Source: a candidate division NPL-UPA2 bacterium Unc8
GTDB taxonomy: Bacteria > NPL-UPA2
NCBI GenBank assembly: GCA_003574845.1
Contig: NDHY01000005.1
Span: forward strand, 3,342-67,341
DNA: 64,000 nucleotides
Direction of reading: 5' to 3'
Shown one piece after another: positions 9,539-18,881 of this stretch. The first letter of the stretch is position 1, and every line of letters begins with the position of its first letter. The translations under genes were made by a program, and so were the position numbers. Under the pieces are notes generated by a model. It was not told where the DNA came from, searched no databases, and saw nothing but the letters and a program-made list of their open reading frames with translations.

Positions 9539-10028
9539 GCATCCAGCTATTTCTATCTCCCTCCTTTAGTAGTCTCCTTAACACAGGAAAAAGAAGTGGA
9601 GCCAGAATAGTATTAATCACAACGGGAAAAATTATTCCCTCCGGTGTAATAGGAGATAGGAGCCCAAAAACTAATTTTAGAAGAAGAAAGGATAGAAGAC
9701 TGGCTACGGAGGCGATAAAAGTAACCAGCAACTGCGCAAATATACTTTCTCTGTATAGTCTGCTTCTCAGGATGCCACTCAGTGTCCCGGCAATTGTTTG
9801 GGAGAATGCTCCTAATCCTACGGGGTGCACTGAGAAGTGGTCTAATAATATGCCGCCTGTAAAGCCAACGATACTCCCTTTTACCTCTCCTCCATGAAAT
9901 CCTGCAAAAATGGTGAGTAGAAGGATAAGGTTAGGCGCAACATTAAAGAGCGTTGGGGCAGCAAAGATTGTTGTCTGGAGCGCTATTGCAAGAATAATAA
10001 GGAGAAGGAGATATATTAACCTTTTCAC
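9528..10028 (-). CDS. mreD: rod shape-determining protein MreD
   Basis: Hydrophobic 166 aa, APNLILLLTI, GEVKGSIVGFTGGILLD; downstream of mreC. Confidence 0.85.
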   Translation of the reverse strand: MKRLIYLLLLIILAIALQTTIFAAPTLFNVAPNLILLLTIFAGFHGGEVKGSIVGFTGGILLDHFSVHPVGLGAFSQTIAGTLSGILRSRLYRESIFAQLLVTFIASVASLLSFLLLKLVFGLLSPITPEGIIFPVVINTILAPLLFPVLRRLLKEGDRNSWMLDK

Positions 10029-10840
10029 TTTTCCTTAAGTACAAGTACTTCCTCTAATTTGGAGAAATCAACTGCAGGAAAAATGATGGCTCGCTGAAAA
10101 TAATCTTCTTTAACAACGGAGAGCACTGAGCCAAGCCTTATGCCTGATGGGTACTTTCCTCCAACACCAGATGAAACAACGATATCCTCCTCTCTTATAT
10201 CGGCATCAATAGGAAGATATATCATCTTGCACAACCCCGTGGCGCCGCCTTTGCCCGTAACCACTCCTTTCGCCCGGATGCGCTGCACAATTGCCCCGAC
10301 AGAGACATCATTACTTAAGATAAGCCTCACTTTAGCAGCGCTAAACCCAACCTCACTGATGTAGCCAACAATTCCTTCATAATTGATAACAGGCATTCCT
10401 GCTGTTACTCCGTCATCTTTTCCCCGATCAATAAACAAGGCTTGATACCAGTTCACCGGATCTCTGCCAATAACCCTTGCGCTAACAGTTCTTCCTAAAA
10501 GCTCGCTGAACTCCTCTCTCTCTTTAAACTGAAGGAGTCTTTTTAGCCGTATGTTCTCTAATCGGACCTCTTCAAGCATGGCAACTCGGAATTGGAGAAG
10601 TTTAATATCCCTAATTAATTTTTCTCGTTCATCAACCAGGTCAAATCTCATAAAAACTCTTTCTCTTATATTGAGGAACCACTGCACCGAAGTTGTTATT
10701 CTCTGCTGGATGGGAGAGAAGAAAGAAAGAGTAAATGCAGGAGAGGCAATTCCTCTGCGAAAGTCAATTGTTGCAATAACAAGGGAAAGGAAAATCAAAA
10801 TCAGTGGGATTGCAAGTTTCCGATGTAAGATAACCCTCAC
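10025..10840 (-). CDS. mreC: rod shape-determining protein MreC
   Basis: N-terminal TM, coiled coil ENIRLKRLL, ARVIGRDP, IDRGKDDGV, GDIVVSSG-like EDIVVSSGVGG, PAVDFSKLEEV. Confidence 0.93.
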   Translation of the reverse strand: MRVILHRKLAIPLILIFLSLVIATIDFRRGIASPAFTLSFFSPIQQRITTSVQWFLNIRERVFMRFDLVDEREKLIRDIKLLQFRVAMLEEVRLENIRLKRLLQFKEREEFSELLGRTVSARVIGRDPVNWYQALFIDRGKDDGVTAGMPVINYEGIVGYISEVGFSAAKVRLILSNDVSVGAIVQRIRAKGVVTGKGGATGLCKMIYLPIDADIREEDIVVSSGVGGKYPSGIRLGSVLSVVKEDYFQRAIIFPAVDFSKLEEVLVLKEK

Positions 10841-10851
10841 TCCAAACCCTC

Positions 10852-11907
10852 TTAATCGCTGGATGCTATTCTTCTTAGTAATCTTATGTTATCCAGTAGT
10901 TTTCCCGTTCCTATTACCACCGTCTGCAGTGGATTCTCTACTACGTTGACTTCAAGACCGGTCTCTTCTCTAATCCGCTGGTCCAGTCCCTTAAGGAGAG
11001 CTCCTCCTCCTGACATTGTCATACCTTTATCAACAAGGTCAGCGGAGAGTTCTGGCGGGGTCTCTTCCAGCACCGTTTTGACGGTTTCTATAATTGTGTT
11101 GACACCGTCAGCAAGGATTTCTCGCACCTCCTGGGAAGTTATCGTTAGCGTCTTGGGAAGGCCGGCGACAAGGTCTCTCCCTCTTACCTCCATTGTCATT
11201 TCTTCATCTAATGGAAATGCTGATCCAATTTTAATTTTAACATCTTCAGCGGTTCTCTCGCCAATCATCAGATTGTAGGCTCTCTTGAGATGTTGGATTA
11301 TTGCTTCGTCCATCTCATCTCCGGCAATTTTTACCGTCTTTGAGATGACGATGCCTCCAAAAGAGATAACTGCAACCGCTGTTGTTCCTCCACCGATGTC
11401 AAGTACAAGATTTGCCCCTGGCTCTTCTACCGGTAGATCTGCTCCAATAGCTGCAGCCATTGGCTGTTCAATTGGATAGACTTCACTTGCTCCTGCCTGC
11501 CTGACTGAATCTTCTACAGCTCTTGCCTCAACCTCAGTAATCTCAGCAGGAACGGCAATGATAACCCGTGGGGCAATGAACATTCTCCGTCTGTATACCC
11601 GCCTCATAAAATATCTCAACATCTCCTCGGTAATGATGAAATCGGCAATAACTCCGTCTTTCAGCGGCCTGATGGCAACGATGTTTCCAGGAGTGCGTCC
11701 GATCATTCTCCTTGCCTCATTTCCTACCGCTGGCAGCCCATCAGCCGTTATCAAAATACGGTCACGGTCCGACCTTTTCTCTACAGCAATTACAGAGGGT
11801 TCGTTAAGAACAATCCCCCGTCCGCGAAGATAAACGAGAGTATTTGCTGTCCCCAGATCAATTCCAATATCATTAGAAAACAAGCGCGAAAAAAAATTTA
11901 ATGCCAT
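10852..11907 (-). CDS. mreB: cell-shape actin MreB
   Basis: DIGIDLGTANTL, RPLKDGVIADF, DIGGGTT, GGGALLKGLD. Confidence 0.97.
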   Translation of the reverse strand: MALNFFSRLFSNDIGIDLGTANTLVYLRGRGIVLNEPSVIAVEKRSDRDRILITADGLPAVGNEARRMIGRTPGNIVAIRPLKDGVIADFIITEEMLRYFMRRVYRRRMFIAPRVIIAVPAEITEVEARAVEDSVRQAGASEVYPIEQPMAAAIGADLPVEEPGANLVLDIGGGTTAVAVISFGGIVISKTVKIAGDEMDEAIIQHLKRAYNLMIGERTAEDVKIKIGSAFPLDEEMTMEVRGRDLVAGLPKTLTITSQEVREILADGVNTIIETVKTVLEETPPELSADLVDKGMTMSGGGALLKGLDQRIREETGLEVNVVENPLQTVVIGTGKLLDNIRLLRRIASSD

Positions 11908-12005
11908 TTTATCTCTCCTAACTAAGAAAATTCGTCGCTTTGCTCCTCATTTCCTTTTGTTTCCTCCATACCTCCTAATCCGCATAGTAAAGTTTTTATA
12001 CTTTC

Positions 12006-13037
12006 CTATGCTTTAAAGAAACTCTTTGCCATTTTATACAACTCCATATCCACTGTCTTTAGCTCACTCACTGCATCTTTGATGGGGACAGATGTGATTC
12101 TGCCTTCTTTCACTGAAGCCATTTGACCAAACATTTTATCGTGGACTAATTCAATCGCTTTTGCGCCAACTCTCATTGCCATTATTCTGTCTGCTGCCGT
12201 TGGCCGACCGCCTCGCTGGATGTGCCCAAGAACTATTGACCTTGCCTCAATTCCGGCTTTTTCTTCAATACTGCTGGATAAAGCCTGGGCAATACCTCCA
12301 AGCCGCACATGCCCAAAAGCATCTTTTTCTGCTGACTGGAAAATTAGGTCTCCTTCAGCCGCTGGTTTTGCTCCCTCAGCGACGGCAACAATGGCGTAGC
12401 TTAAACCTTTTTCATAGCGGTTCTTTAGGGTTTTCATGATTTCCTTTATGTCAAAGGCTACCTCAGGAATCAGAATGAGATGCGCTCCTCCGGCAAGTCC
12501 TGCCTGTAAGGTTAACCAGCCTGCATGCCGTCCCATTATCTCAACAACCATAACACGATGATGCGAGCGTGCTGTTGAGTGTAACTCTCCGATTGCCTCA
12601 GCGGCACGAGACACAGCAGTATCAAACCCAATGCAGTAATCAGTTCCTGAGAGATCGTTATCTATCGTTTTAGGAACTCCAACGACCGCCATCCCGCTTT
12701 TAGCAAGCTTGTTTGCCACTCCTAATGTGTCCTCTCCACCAATGGCAATTAAGGCGTCAAGTCCTAATTTTTTGAAATTATGAAATATTTCTTTTTCACC
12801 ACCCTCTTCTTTGTAGGGATTTGTTCTTGAGGTTCCTAACAGTGTCCCACCCTTAAACCAGGTGTCCTCCATCAATTCCGGGGAAAGCGACTGGGTGTGC
12901 TTCTTCAGGAGTCCTGCCCAACCATTTTTTATCCCGAGGAGATGATAGTCATAACTGCTTCCTTTAACTACAATTGCCCTGATTGCTGCATTTAATCCCG
13001 GGGCATCTCCTCCACCGGTAAGAACTCCAACTTTCAT
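12006..13037 (-). CDS. pfkA: PfkA-family 6-phosphofructokinase, predicted PPi-dependent
   Basis: TGGGDAPGLNA, GGTLLGTSR, GGEDT, PKTIDND, MGRHAGW, LGHIQRGG. Confidence 0.92.
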   Translation of the reverse strand: MKVGVLTGGGDAPGLNAAIRAIVVKGSSYDYHLLGIKNGWAGLLKKHTQSLSPELMEDTWFKGGTLLGTSRTNPYKEEGGEKEIFHNFKKLGLDALIAIGGEDTLGVANKLAKSGMAVVGVPKTIDNDLSGTDYCIGFDTAVSRAAEAIGELHSTARSHHRVMVVEIMGRHAGWLTLQAGLAGGAHLILIPEVAFDIKEIMKTLKNRYEKGLSYAIVAVAEGAKPAAEGDLIFQSAEKDAFGHVRLGGIAQALSSSIEEKAGIEARSIVLGHIQRGGRPTAADRIMAMRVGAKAIELVHDKMFGQMASVKEGRITSVPIKDAVSELKTVDMELYKMAKSFFKA

Positions 13038-13993
13038 TATGCTTTCCCTGAGCAGCCGAAAAGCTGCATTTTTGCTCTAATTGCTTCTACCATTGCCTTA
13101 CGCGCCGGGTCAAGAATCTTTCTGATGTCATATTTCGGAACGGGTAGCTCATCTCCTTCCTCAATTGCTCTCTCAAGACTTGCCATATAGTCATTTGTCT
13201 TACTGGCAAGCACCTCTCTCAGCGACTTCTCAAATGCCATTCTAATTTGGGTATCAATATTTATCTTGTTAATGCCTAATTTTATCGCCTCGCGAACAGT
13301 GTTGGAGGGAATGCCGGTGCCCCCATGCATAACAAGCGGAGTATCAATAACTGAGTTGACCGACTCAATTACAGTAAGTTCAAAGACCGCCTTTCCTTTG
13401 TAAGGACCATGCTTGGTTCCAAAGGCAATGGCTACAGCGTCAACGGAGGTTTCCATGGCAAATCTTTTAGCGTCTTTCGGCTGAGTGAGCATCTCTCTTT
13501 TTTCCGCATTGCTCATGCTATCTGAAATCTCACCCAGGGACCCGATTTCTCCTTCTACGGAGACATACTGACTTTGTGAACGTGCATATTCAACAATCTC
13601 TTTCGTTTTTCTTATGTTTTCATCAATGGATTCAACTGTTTTTCCATCAATCTTGAGTGAGCCATCTATCATTACTGATGTAAACCCGGCATCAATGCAA
13701 CGTTTACAGGACGCGAATGTCCTCCCATGGTCAAGATGTATCGCCACAGGAACCGTTGCCTTCTCCACAAGAACCTTTGCCATTGCCATCAGCTCTTCAA
13801 GCCCGGTGTAAGTTGGCTTACCTGGCTGACCAATCGTCGTTTCAGTAATTTGCAAAATAAGAGGCGCTCTTTCTGCCTCCGCGGCGGCAAGTGTTGCCTG
13901 CACGCTTTCCATATTTACTGCATTAAATGCTCCCACAGCGTAACCGCCCTTATCTGCTTCAGATAATAACTCCTTAAGGTTCGTTAATCCCAT
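13037..13993 (-). CDS. fba: class II fructose-bisphosphate aldolase
   Basis: YAVGAFN, HLDHG, SVMIDGS, VEGEIG, GTKHGPYKG, VMHGGTG, KINIDT. Confidence 0.93.
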   Translation of the reverse strand: MGLTNLKELLSEADKGGYAVGAFNAVNMESVQATLAAAEAERAPLILQITETTIGQPGKPTYTGLEELMAMAKVLVEKATVPVAIHLDHGRTFASCKRCIDAGFTSVMIDGSLKIDGKTVESIDENIRKTKEIVEYARSQSQYVSVEGEIGSLGEISDSMSNAEKREMLTQPKDAKRFAMETSVDAVAIAFGTKHGPYKGKAVFELTVIESVNSVIDTPLVMHGGTGIPSNTVREAIKLGINKINIDTQIRMAFEKSLREVLASKTNDYMASLERAIEEGDELPVPKYDIRKILDPARKAMVEAIRAKMQLFGCSGKA

Positions 13994-14122
13994 ATTCCCT
14001 CCATTATTATATTCAGAGTGCCATAAAAATACTATCCCTATTGATTTCGTAGCCTAACATACCACTATCTTTCCTGTCAATCAAATTAAAAGCGCAAGCT
14101 GAAGGCTGAAAGCCAATTTTTC

Positions 14123-14152
14123 TTGACGGGATTTTGAGGGGTGTAGTATGTT
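14123..14152 (+). promoter_or_regulatory. possible promoter for purB
   Basis: TTGACG-18 nt-TATGTT; spacer resembles the one at 34005-34033. Confidence 0.4.
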
Positions 14153-14262
14153 AGGTGTTAGGTGTTAGGTGTTAGGCGGTGCGACCCCGATTTGCATCGG
14201 GGCATGCTTATCGCACATTGTTTCTGAATTCTGGCTTCTGACTCCTGAATTCTGGCTTCTGT
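14149..14262 (+). repeat. purB leader: (TGTTAGG)x4, hairpin, TTCTGGC-family array
   Basis: 14149-14176 four perfect units; CCCCGAT-TTGC-ATCGGGG at 14185-14202; array 14222-14262. Confidence 0.85.
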
Positions 14263-14287
14263 GAGTGACTGATGCCCTGGTGATGAG

Positions 14288-15583
14288 ATGATTAAAAGAT
14301 ATACCCTTCCAGAGATGGGAAGCATCTGGAGTGATGAAAATAAGTTCAGAACAATGCTTGAAGTAGAAGTTCTTATCTGCGAAGCATTGGCTGAATTTGG
14401 TGAAATTCCTGCTCGCGCAGCCGTGAAGATAAGAAAAAAAGCAGACTTTGATTTCAAGAGAATTGCAGAAATTGAACAGGAAACGCGCCATGACGTTATC
14501 GCCTTCCTAATGGCAGTTGGCGAGAAAGTTGGCAAAGAGTCAAGATACATCCACCTCGGGATTACATCCTATGACATTGTTGATACCTCTCTTTCTTTAA
14601 GGATGAAGGAGGCGGCAGATATTATTCTTAAAGATTTGAAAAAGCTGTCTTCGGTCTTGAGGAAAAAAGCAAGAGAATATGAAAATACGGTAATGGCAGG
14701 TCGCTCACATGGCATCCATGCCGAACCAATCACATTTGGACTGAAGTTAGCTATCTGGCTGGTGGAAACGGAAAGAAACTTCAAAAGAATGCAGGCCGCA
14801 AAAGATGCAATAAGCGTAGGAAAAATCTCCGGTGCAGTAGGAACTTATGCCAACATTGACCCACGCGCCGAAATTTATGTATGTCAGAAGTTAGGACTTA
14901 CTCCAGCTTCTATTTCCTCTCAGATACTTCCCCGGGACTCTCACGCTCAATATCTTCTCACACTCTCTTTAATCGCAAGCTCCCTTGAGAAGTTTTCCCT
15001 TGAAATTCGCAACCTCAGCCGCACCGAGATTATGGAAGTGGAAGAGTATTTCTCTCCTGGACAGAAAGGCTCTTCAGCAATGCCGCATAAGCGCAATCCC
15101 ATTATCTCAGAGCAGATTGGCGGGCTCGCTCGTATCATCCGCAACAATGCTCAAGTAGCGCTTGAGAATGTTCCTCTCTGGCATGAAAGAGACCTTACCC
15201 ATTCTTCAGTAGAGAGAATAATTATTCCCGATAGCTGCATTCTCACTAACTATATCCTCAATAAATTTACTAATGTAATGAAAAATCTAATAATCTATCC
15301 GGAAAATATGATGAAAAATCTGAAGAAAACAAAAGGGCTTATCTTCTCTGAGGCTGTTCTCCTGAAACTGATTAAGAAGGGCCTAAGCCGTGAGGATGCC
15401 TATGTAATGGTGCAGCGAGCCTCTTTTCTCTCTAAGAAGGAAGGTAGGGAATTTAAGGATGTCCTCCTTCAAAATAAGGAAGTTATGTCTCACTTAAATA
15501 AAGATGAGGTAAAAGAATGCCTTGATTTGAAGCAAAACTTAAGACACATAAATAAAATATTCTCAAGACTGGAAATATCTTAA
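14288..15583 (+). CDS. purB: adenylosuccinate lyase
   Basis: MIKRYTLPEMGSIWSDENKF, ETRHDVIAF, GRSHGIHAEP, fumarate-lyase signature GSSAMPHKRNP. Confidence 0.97.
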   Translation: MIKRYTLPEMGSIWSDENKFRTMLEVEVLICEALAEFGEIPARAAVKIRKKADFDFKRIAEIEQETRHDVIAFLMAVGEKVGKESRYIHLGITSYDIVDTSLSLRMKEAADIILKDLKKLSSVLRKKAREYENTVMAGRSHGIHAEPITFGLKLAIWLVETERNFKRMQAAKDAISVGKISGAVGTYANIDPRAEIYVCQKLGLTPASISSQILPRDSHAQYLLTLSLIASSLEKFSLEIRNLSRTEIMEVEEYFSPGQKGSSAMPHKRNPIISEQIGGLARIIRNNAQVALENVPLWHERDLTHSSVERIIIPDSCILTNYILNKFTNVMKNLIIYPENMMKNLKKTKGLIFSEAVLLKLIKKGLSREDAYVMVQRASFLSKKEGREFKDVLLQNKEVMSHLNKDEVKECLDLKQNLRHINKIFSRLEIS

Positions 15584-15585
15584 AA

Positions 15586-15895
15586 AACAGGCACAAAGTA
15601 ACAAAGGCACAGAGGCACAGAGGCACAGAGAATTAAGTCGTAAGTCGTAAGTAGAGAGTAGAGAGAGATGAAATTGGAAATTGGTAATTGGAAATTGGAA
15701 ATTAGTGTTCTGGTGCACTATTTTGAAAAGGGTTCAAGGGTTCAAGTGTAAAGGCACAAACTTTTAACTTGCACTTTTGCCTTTTAACTTTTAACTTTTA
15801 AATTAGTTCTTAAATTGGTAATTAGTGATTGGTGGCCAGTTACCACCAGTTACTATTTACTAATCACCATTTACCAATTTATTTGAATTTACCCG
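15586..15895 (+). repeat. large composite heptamer region between purB and mrdA
   Basis: GGCACAG, AAGTCGT, AGAGAGT, GGAAATT, GGTTCAA, ACTTTTA, GTGATTG units in succession; final part quasi-palindromic. Confidence 0.9.
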
Positions 15896-15915
15896 AACAG
15901 AGTGAGGGTTATCTT

Positions 15916-17703
15916 GTGTTGTCACTAAATTCTGAGAAAGAACCGACGGTGTTTGAGCATCGGATAAGAACAGTAATGTGGGTAGTGATTATTCTTTTTC
16001 TTGTTCTCGCCGGTCGTCTCTGGCAGAAGCAAATCATTCAGGGAGAGCACTTTGCCGGGCTTGCTGAAAGGAATAGCATCCGCCTTGTTAATCTTCGGGC
16101 ACCACGAGGCACTATATATGATCGAGACGGCGCTATATTGGCACAAAATGCTCCACTGTTTAGAATTGTTGCCATTCCACACGAGATGACAGATAAAAGG
16201 AGAGCAGCTAAAAGAGTAAGTGAGCTTTTAGGGTTTGACGAAGAGAATGTTTTGAAAAAAATAGAGGCTAGGCATTTAAATCCATTCTCTCCTGTCTTGC
16301 TTGCTACAGGGGTTAGCCTGCAAGAAATCACAGTCACTAAAGAACATCAGAGAGAGCTTCCTGGTATCTTTGTTGAGACTGTTCCCCGCCGTGACTACCC
16401 TCATGGAGATCTGGCTTTTCATATTATTGGATATGTCGGGAAAATCCCGGATGTAAGATGGATAGAGTTGAGGGAGATAGGGTATCGCATTGACCATGTA
16501 ATTGGGAAAGATGGCATTGAAGGTCTTTTTGATACTTTACTGCAGGGAGAAGATGGCGCTCGTGAGATTCTTGTGAATATAATGGGAGAGAGGATAGAAA
16601 TATTGTCTGAACGAGAGACGATTCGCGGCAATGATATCACTCTAACGATTGATTTAAGGCTCCAGGAAATTGTTGAACGCAACCTAAAAGGAAAGAGAGG
16701 AGCAATTGTAGCTATAGACCCCCGTAATGGCGATATTCTCGCCCTGGCGAGTTCTCCTGCAATTGATCCCAATATTTTTACTTTACCTCTTGAAGAGAGA
16801 AAATTCGCCGCTATCAAAGGCGACCCCGCTCGTCCTTTCTTTAATCGCGCAATCTCCGGGGTTTATCCGCCAGGGTCTACATTTAAAATTATTATGGCAA
16901 TGGCAGGACTTGAGAAAGGGGTGATTGATGATGAAACTTATTTCCATTGCCATGGAGTGATAAGACGCGGTAGAGCTTCTTTCTTCTGCTGGAACAAAGA
17001 TGGACATGGAAGAGTTAATGTTACCCGTGCATTAGCCGCTTCCTGCAACATATTTTTCTATGAAGTGGCTGCGCTTCTCGGTATAGAAAATATAGAATAT
17101 TTTGCCAGTCGCTCTGGCCTTGGAGACCTCACTGGAATTAATCTTCCACGGGAAGCGAGGGGGAACATTCCCGCTCAGGAACAAAGAGAAAGATGGTTTT
17201 TGGGGGATATACTTCACCTGGGTATTGGGCAGGGAGAGATTCTGGTAACTCCACTTCAGATGACAGCTCTCACAGCCGCTGTAGCAAACAGAGGAATACT
17301 TTATCGCCCTCGTCTTGTCCGTGAGATAACCTCTCCTCAAGGGAAAGTAATTGAATCTTTTCCTGTGGAGCCATGGAAGCAGCTTCCTGCCTCAGAAGGC
17401 ACACTTAATTTAGTGCGTTACGGTATGTGGAAGACAGTCAATGAGATAGGAGGAACAGGAAGAAGAGCGGCACTTACCGAGATAGAGGTTGCAGGTAAGA
17501 CCGGAACAGCTCAGATAATTGGGGCCGAGTTTGGAGGGGAGGAAGGAATTCCATTTGAACTTCGTCCCCATGCCTGGTTTGTTGGCTTTGCCCCATTTGA
17601 AAATCCTGAGATTGCCCTGACCATTATAATTGAACATGGAGAATCAGGCGGTAGAGTAGCAGCACCAATTGCCCGGAAAATATTTAAGGAATTCCTTCAA
17701 TAA
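15916..17703 (+). CDS. mrdA: penicillin-binding protein 2
   Basis: APRGTIYDRDG, PPGSTFKI (SxxK), SCN (SxN), AGKTGTAQ (KTG). Start placed at GTG 15916 (SD GAGG); the 15829 start translates the repeat array. Confidence 0.95.
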   Translation: MLSLNSEKEPTVFEHRIRTVMWVVIILFLVLAGRLWQKQIIQGEHFAGLAERNSIRLVNLRAPRGTIYDRDGAILAQNAPLFRIVAIPHEMTDKRRAAKRVSELLGFDEENVLKKIEARHLNPFSPVLLATGVSLQEITVTKEHQRELPGIFVETVPRRDYPHGDLAFHIIGYVGKIPDVRWIELREIGYRIDHVIGKDGIEGLFDTLLQGEDGAREILVNIMGERIEILSERETIRGNDITLTIDLRLQEIVERNLKGKRGAIVAIDPRNGDILALASSPAIDPNIFTLPLEERKFAAIKGDPARPFFNRAISGVYPPGSTFKIIMAMAGLEKGVIDDETYFHCHGVIRRGRASFFCWNKDGHGRVNVTRALAASCNIFFYEVAALLGIENIEYFASRSGLGDLTGINLPREARGNIPAQEQRERWFLGDILHLGIGQGEILVTPLQMTALTAAVANRGILYRPRLVREITSPQGKVIESFPVEPWKQLPASEGTLNLVRYGMWKTVNEIGGTGRRAALTEIEVAGKTGTAQIIGAEFGGEEGIPFELRPHAWFVGFAPFENPEIALTIIIEHGESGGRVAAPIARKIFKEFLQ

Positions 17704-18797
17704 TGATTGACAGGCGACTGCTCAGAAATTTTAACTATCCTCTTATTTTGTTAGTGTTTATTACCTGTCTCATTGGTCTGGCGATGATTTACAGCGCTTC
17801 TCATCATCTCCAGGATATTCACGGATTTTATGCCAGACAACTTATATGGATGGGGATTAGCCTGGCAGGAATAGCGTTCATTCTCAGCATTAATTATCAG
17901 ACAATCTTAAGGCATAGCTATGGACTTCACTTTATAGTTGTTCTTCTCCTTCTAGCGGTTGTTCTGTTCGGACCAGTTGTGCGCGGTGCCCAGAGATGGA
18001 TTTTTATTGGGCCACTGTCATTTGCCCCCGCAGAGTTTGCCAAAATAACTGTCGTCCTGAGCCTGGCGTATTATTTAGGTGGTGCTGAGGAAGTAAAGAT
18101 GCTAAAAAAAATACTCACTTCACTTCTTATTGTCTTTATTCCCTTCGTTTTGATCTTCATCCAGCCGGATCTGGGAACAGCTCTTACCTTGCTTCCTACC
18201 CTCTTTGTTATGCTATACCTAACAGGTATTAAAAAGCGACACCTCCTCGCTATCGCCCTCTTTGGCATCCTAATTGTTGCTCCATTTGTTTACCATTTCT
18301 TTCTTGAGGAGTATCAACGGGTAAGAATCCAGGTTCTTTTGAATCCGGGGTTAGATCCCCTTGGAGCGTCTTTCAGTCTCAATCAGTCAAGAATTGCCAT
18401 CGGCTCCGGGGGAATTTTAGGAAGAGGATGGTTGGGTGGCTCTCAGACCCAGCTCCATTTCCTTCCAGCACAATACACTGATTTTATCTTCTCTGTTGTT
18501 GGAGAAGAGTGGGGCTTTGCAGGAGCAGTGGGTCTTCTTTTACTTTACATAGGAATATTTAAGAGTGGCGTACGGATAGCTTGCGAGGCAAAGGACCGCG
18601 CTTCATCATTCCTTGCAGCCGGGCTCACTACTATGCTCGCATCGCATGTCCTGATTAATATTGGAATGACGTTGGGAATAGTGCCTGTAGTTGGATTGCC
18701 GCTGCCTTTTCTGAGTTATGGCGGTTCTTCCCTGCTGATGGCGATGCTCTCTATCGGGCTTCTTCTGAACATTCATATGAGAAGATTCATTATTTAA
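17703..18797 (+). CDS. rodA: SEDS peptidoglycan polymerase RodA
   Basis: GAQRWI, PAEFAKI, QPDLGT, QSRIAIGSGG, TDFIFSVVGEEWG, PLPFLSYGGSS. Confidence 0.95.
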   Translation: MIDRRLLRNFNYPLILLVFITCLIGLAMIYSASHHLQDIHGFYARQLIWMGISLAGIAFILSINYQTILRHSYGLHFIVVLLLLAVVLFGPVVRGAQRWIFIGPLSFAPAEFAKITVVLSLAYYLGGAEEVKMLKKILTSLLIVFIPFVLIFIQPDLGTALTLLPTLFVMLYLTGIKKRHLLAIALFGILIVAPFVYHFFLEEYQRVRIQVLLNPGLDPLGASFSLNQSRIAIGSGGILGRGWLGGSQTQLHFLPAQYTDFIFSVVGEEWGFAGAVGLLLLYIGIFKSGVRIACEAKDRASSFLAAGLTTMLASHVLINIGMTLGIVPVVGLPLPFLSYGGSSLLMAMLSIGLLLNIHMRRFII

Positions 18798-18807
18798 TTG
18801 AGTAACA

Positions 18808-18860
18808 AAAGGCACAAAGGCACAAAGTACTAACAGCCTAAACTAATAAGCTATTAGAGA
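18808..18860 (+). repeat. short heptamer array after rodA
   Basis: aaaggcacaaaggcacaaagt. Confidence 0.7.
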
Positions 18861-18881
18861 ATTTAGAATGCGGGTGATGAA

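Noticed and set aside
14158-14550. Two overlapping minus-strand ORFs (130 and 108 aa)
   Set aside because: Antisense to purB and read through repeat arrays; no recognisable motifs.
15586-15895. CRISPR array
   Set aside because: Units are 7 nt and contiguous, with no 23-47 bp repeats separated by unique spacers and no cas genes; the same applies to all other arrays.
15829-15915. N-terminal extension of MrdA in the track
   Set aside because: Translates the repeat array; GTG 15916 has an SD and gives a normal PBP2 N-terminus.
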